A stretch of DNA of 62,146 bases from a virus. Its lineage: Duplodnaviria > Caudoviricetes. The translations under genes and the position numbers were made by a program. Positions 60,657-62,146 of this stretch are shown here, piece after piece. Each line of letters starts with the position of its first letter. Position 1 is the first letter of the stretch. The stretch is taken from IMG/VR virus record IMGVR_UViG_3300047311_000415, positions 1-62,146 of that record, one strand, 5' to 3'. The notes beneath the pieces are model-generated. The model searched no databases and had not been told where the DNA came from. It worked only from the letters and a program-made list of their open reading frames with translations.

Positions 60657-61783
60657 CCGTAAGGTTTGTCGTTAGTCATTGGCTTTGGTATTGTGGCCAA
60701 AAACTTATTCCAGGCAGCAATGTCGTCATTGAGCTTCTTAGCTTTTTGAGCAAGCTGTTGTGCAAGTTGTTTTTCTTGTGGTGACGATCTCTGATCGGCC
60801 AAAGCATCATTAATGGCTTTTGTGGCTGGAGCTACACTGTTTGTGTATTGAGCGAGTTGTTGTTTGATTTGTTCAACATTCTTAGGAAGAATTTGTTTCT
60901 GTCCTTGCCAAGCTTGTAGCTGAGTTAAATAGGCGCTAACAGTGTTTAGCGTATCATTTGCTCCCTTATGATCAAAAGTAGTAGTCTTGTTTTCACCAGA
61001 CGCATCACGCTTGATCATTTCATACATAAGCTCTTGGCTAACTGGTTGGCCATGGATATCAACGGCTCTATCTTTGTTCTTAGCTCTATATTGGTCTAAA
61101 GCGAATTGAGTAATTGGGCCTAGCTGTCCATCGCCTTTTCCATCAGCCCTAACAACTGACTCACCTTTTTGTCCCTTGTATTCTAGTTTGGCTAATGCCT
61201 CTTGAACATCAGCGGGAACGGCTTTAAATCTTGGCTGTGGAGTACCGCGCTGAAATGATGTTGGTTGACGAACGCCGCCACCACTTGGTGGTGGATCATC
61301 AAGCTCTCCACCGTCAGTTGGTGCAGGATCACCAAGTTCTCCTTCTGTCCATGGATTTCCTGGAGTGCCCTTTGGGGCCTTTGGTTCTCCTTGTCCTAAT
61401 TTGTTCAATAGGGTATCATAATACTCAGAAGACTTCTTTTTAGAATCTTTCCCGCCTACATTGATGCCTGGGTACTTGGACTTGACTTTGCGAGCTACTA
61501 AAGCCTTTAAGCCTTCCAAAGAACCTTTGTACCATGGTGCAGAGGTTAGCTGTTGGACGCGGGCCAAAGCATTACGAGCTTGCGCTTCGTCATTAATTGG
61601 GAAATGGTCCTTTTTGTCCTTGGCTTGTTCGGCTGAAACGCATACCGTTCCTCTATTACGAACCTTAGCCTTTGGGTCAAGCTTTTTCTTTTCTTTTTTC
61701 TTGGCAGTGACAACCAAGGCCCTCGTGGCTACATTGTCATAATCAGAAGCTATTTTTAGTAATTCTTCGGGGCTAAGGGACAT
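60653..61783 (-). CDS. multidomain hypothetical protein with N-terminal 'LLKIASDY' motif
   Basis: 376 aa; HFPI....QARNALAR segment, Pro/Gly linker, DG.LGP.T peptidoglycan-binding-like motif, Gln-rich helical C-terminus; GAGG SD. Confidence 0.82.
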   Translation of the reverse strand: MSLSPEELLKIASDYDNVATRALVVTAKKKEKKKLDPKAKVRNRGTVCVSAEQAKDKKDHFPINDEAQARNALARVQQLTSAPWYKGSLEGLKALVARKVKSKYPGINVGGKDSKKKSSEYYDTLLNKLGQGEPKAPKGTPGNPWTEGELGDPAPTDGGELDDPPPSGGGVRQPTSFQRGTPQPRFKAVPADVQEALAKLEYKGQKGESVVRADGKGDGQLGPITQFALDQYRAKNKDRAVDIHGQPVSQELMYEMIKRDASGENKTTTFDHKGANDTLNTVSAYLTQLQAWQGQKQILPKNVEQIKQQLAQYTNSVAPATKAINDALADQRSSPQEKQLAQQLAQKAKKLNDDIAAWNKFLATIPKPMTNDKPYG

Positions 61784-61849
61784 GAAAACCTCTTTTACAT
61801 ACGGTATATGAGTATATACTAATAATTAGGCAAGATTATTACCACATAT

Positions 61850-61925
61850 GGTGAGCGTTGTCATTTGGCAATGATAGGTGTCTGTGAAACATCAAAAACG
61901 GGTTCGATTCCCGCCGCTCACCCCA
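61850..61925 (+). tRNA. tRNA-His(GTG) with encoded G-1
   Basis: G-GTGAGCG/CGCTCAC-C-CCA, loop CTGTGAA. Confidence 0.9.
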
Positions 61926-61937
61926 AACCATAAATAT

Positions 61938-62013
61938 GGTGTCGTTTGTCATCTGGTGATGATGGTTGACTGTGAATCAACTAAGGCGGGTTCGATCCCC
62001 GTACGACACCCCA
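61938..62013 (+). tRNA. tRNA-His(GTG), second copy, with encoded G-1
   Basis: G-GTGTCGT/ACGACAC-C-CCA, GTTGA-CTGTGAA-TCAAC. Confidence 0.92.
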
Positions 62014-62018
62014 AGTAT

Positions 62019-62093
62019 GGGCTGTTCGTCTACTGGCTAGGACACTTGGCTTTCACCCAGGAAAAACGGGATCGATACCCGTACGGCTCACCA
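62019..62093 (+). tRNA. tRNA-Glu(TTC)
   Basis: CTTGG-CTTTCAC-CCAGG; atypical T loop ATCGATA; ends ACCA. Confidence 0.88.
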
Positions 62094-62097
62094 AAAA

Positions 62098-62146
62098 TGA
62101 AAAAGTATCTCGCACTTCTAATTTTCACACTCGCTATCATTAGTTG
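62098..62146 (+). CDS. 3'-truncated ORF with signal/lipoprotein-like N-terminus
   Basis: MKKYLALLIFTLAIIS... runs off the window. Confidence 0.5.

Noticed and set aside
1-62146. Alternative genetic code (stop-codon reassignment), as found in some huge phages
   Set aside because: Recognisable genes are full length under code 11, coding density is high, and no CTA/TCA/TTA suppressor tRNA was seen.
1-62146. CRISPR array, rRNA, integrase or transposase
   Set aside because: No regularly spaced direct repeats, rRNA-like stretches or recombinase motifs were seen by eye.
1-62146. Eukaryotic giant virus origin, suggested by PARP, SET, Kelch, Pth2 and organelle-type PheRS
   Set aside because: SD sequences, sigma70-like promoters, overlapping operonic genes, encoded CCA ends and bacterial EF-G, EF-Ts, GroES and LigA all point to a bacterial host.

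Overview
Densely packed, almost entirely plus-strand segment that most likely comes from a huge (jumbo) bacteriophage. The evidence is inferential: many short orphan ORFs with overlapping stop/start codons, 22 CCA-encoding tRNA genes grouped by amino acid, and isolated host-like enzymes outside their usual operons. No capsid, terminase or tail gene is visible in the window. The standard genetic code fits. Four functional themes appear: (1) translation and tRNA maintenance (EF-G, EF-Ts, monomeric PheRS, truncated GlyRS-like core, Pth2, Thg1-like, RNA ligase-like, 2H phosphoesterase); (2) NAD+ and ADP-ribose metabolism (NadM-Nudix, NAMPT, WGR-PARP, macrodomain, NADAR, two ADP-ribosylglycohydrolases, Nudix, SLOG, NAD-dependent ligase); (3) protein-modifying enzymes (SET, GNAT, kinase-like, two ATP-grasp); (4) DNA repair (RNase HII, SF1 helicase, Ogt, HNH proteins). 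Patterns not explained by standard annotation: a shared C-terminal tail with penultimate Phe on seven unrelated proteins; a shared N-terminal motif on four solitary minus-strand genes; a tRNA-like RNA without an anticodon inside the Gly tRNA cluster; an 8/4-fold tRNA-Ser; and twin-hairpin leaders in front of both NAD salvage genes. All calls come from reading motifs by eye; no database searches were run.
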